Part shown: in pieces, positions 8,481 to 8,565 of the stretch
How positions within the stretch are numbered: position 1 is the first letter of the stretch
Layout of the letters: each line of letters starts with the position of its first letter
From: Tubiluchus corallicola
Taxonomy: Eukaryota; Animalia; Priapulida
DNA: 8,565 bases
Direction of reading: 5' to 3'
NCBI GenBank assembly: GCA_030141605.1
Contig: JAQGDQ010002528.1
Coordinates: 1-8,565, forward strand
Position numbers and translations under genes: made by a program
The notes under the pieces: generated by a model
What the model was told of the DNA's origin: nothing
What the model saw: the letters and a program-made list of their open reading frames with translations, nothing else
Database searches by the model: none

Positions 8481-8560
8481 TTGACCGCTCGCCTCAAAGG
8501 CGTCTGCTTGGAGTGTTTAACCCTTTGTTGTACTTCGTTCAGTTACACATTGCTAATAAT
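8465..8560. repeat. 11-bp perfect inverted repeat spanning the rimO/insert junction
   Basis: ATTATTAGCAA (8465-8475, rimO coding) is the reverse complement of TTGCTAATAAT (8550-8560, inside the insert). Confidence 0.85.
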
Positions 8561-8565
8561 GTTGC
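8481..8565 (-). mobile_element. Putative right end of an IS200/IS605-family element (subterminal hairpin, TCAA terminus, likely TnpB omegaRNA 3' region), truncated by the window end
   Basis: The - strand reads ...CAAGCAGA-CGCCT-TTG-AGGCG-AGCGGTCAA|GGTTTTTGCT (rimO). An imperfect hairpin a few nt from a terminal TCAA is the right-end layout of IS608/ISDra2/IS609-like elements. GC is 38/85 (about 45%), visibly above the AT-rich window. No transposase gene is visible. Confidence 0.65.

Noticed and set aside
8495-8497. TTG start of the 427-aa ORF as the true rimO start
   Set aside because: It lies in the hairpin loop of the foreign sequence, has no SD, and would omit a conserved Fe-S ligand Cys.
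8476-8549. Invertible segment between the 11-bp inverted repeats (phase-variable rimO)
   Set aside because: Flipping it by hand gives ...NLDRSPQRRLLGVFNPLLYFVQLHIANN, which does not restore the RimO LGCxKNxVDSE N-terminus.
8481-8565. Group II intron end or IscB/HEARO RNA start
   Set aside because: There is no GTGCG 5' end and no domain V/VI. The + strand only loosely resembles HEARO, and the hairpin-plus-TCAA layout fits an IS605-type right end better.

Overview
AT-rich bacterial chromosomal segment; Fusobacteriota is the best guess, inferred from the double-length HPr kinase and the rimO-pgsA-yggT order. The + strand carries the 3' part of a GT-B glycosyltransferase resembling mannosylglucosylglycerate synthase, a terminator overlapping a strong sigma70-type promoter, and a probable operon: mtnN, a membrane-anchored SPOR-domain protein, a tandem-duplicated hprK, a YitT-family protein and a DHH/DHHA1 phosphoesterase (nrnA). 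A converging - strand cluster holds rimO, pgsA and yggT. Two things stand out. (1) rimO lacks its N-terminal LGCxKN..DSE segment. At 8481 it is fused to a GC-richer, hairpin-bearing sequence ending in GTCAA, which looks like the right end (TnpB omegaRNA region) of an IS200/IS605 element, possibly an IStron. That sequence also carries an 11-nt perfect complement of the flanking rimO DNA. (2) The two HprK halves have lost complementary motifs, suggesting a pseudo-kinase/active-kinase division of labour. All family calls come from motif recognition, not database searches.
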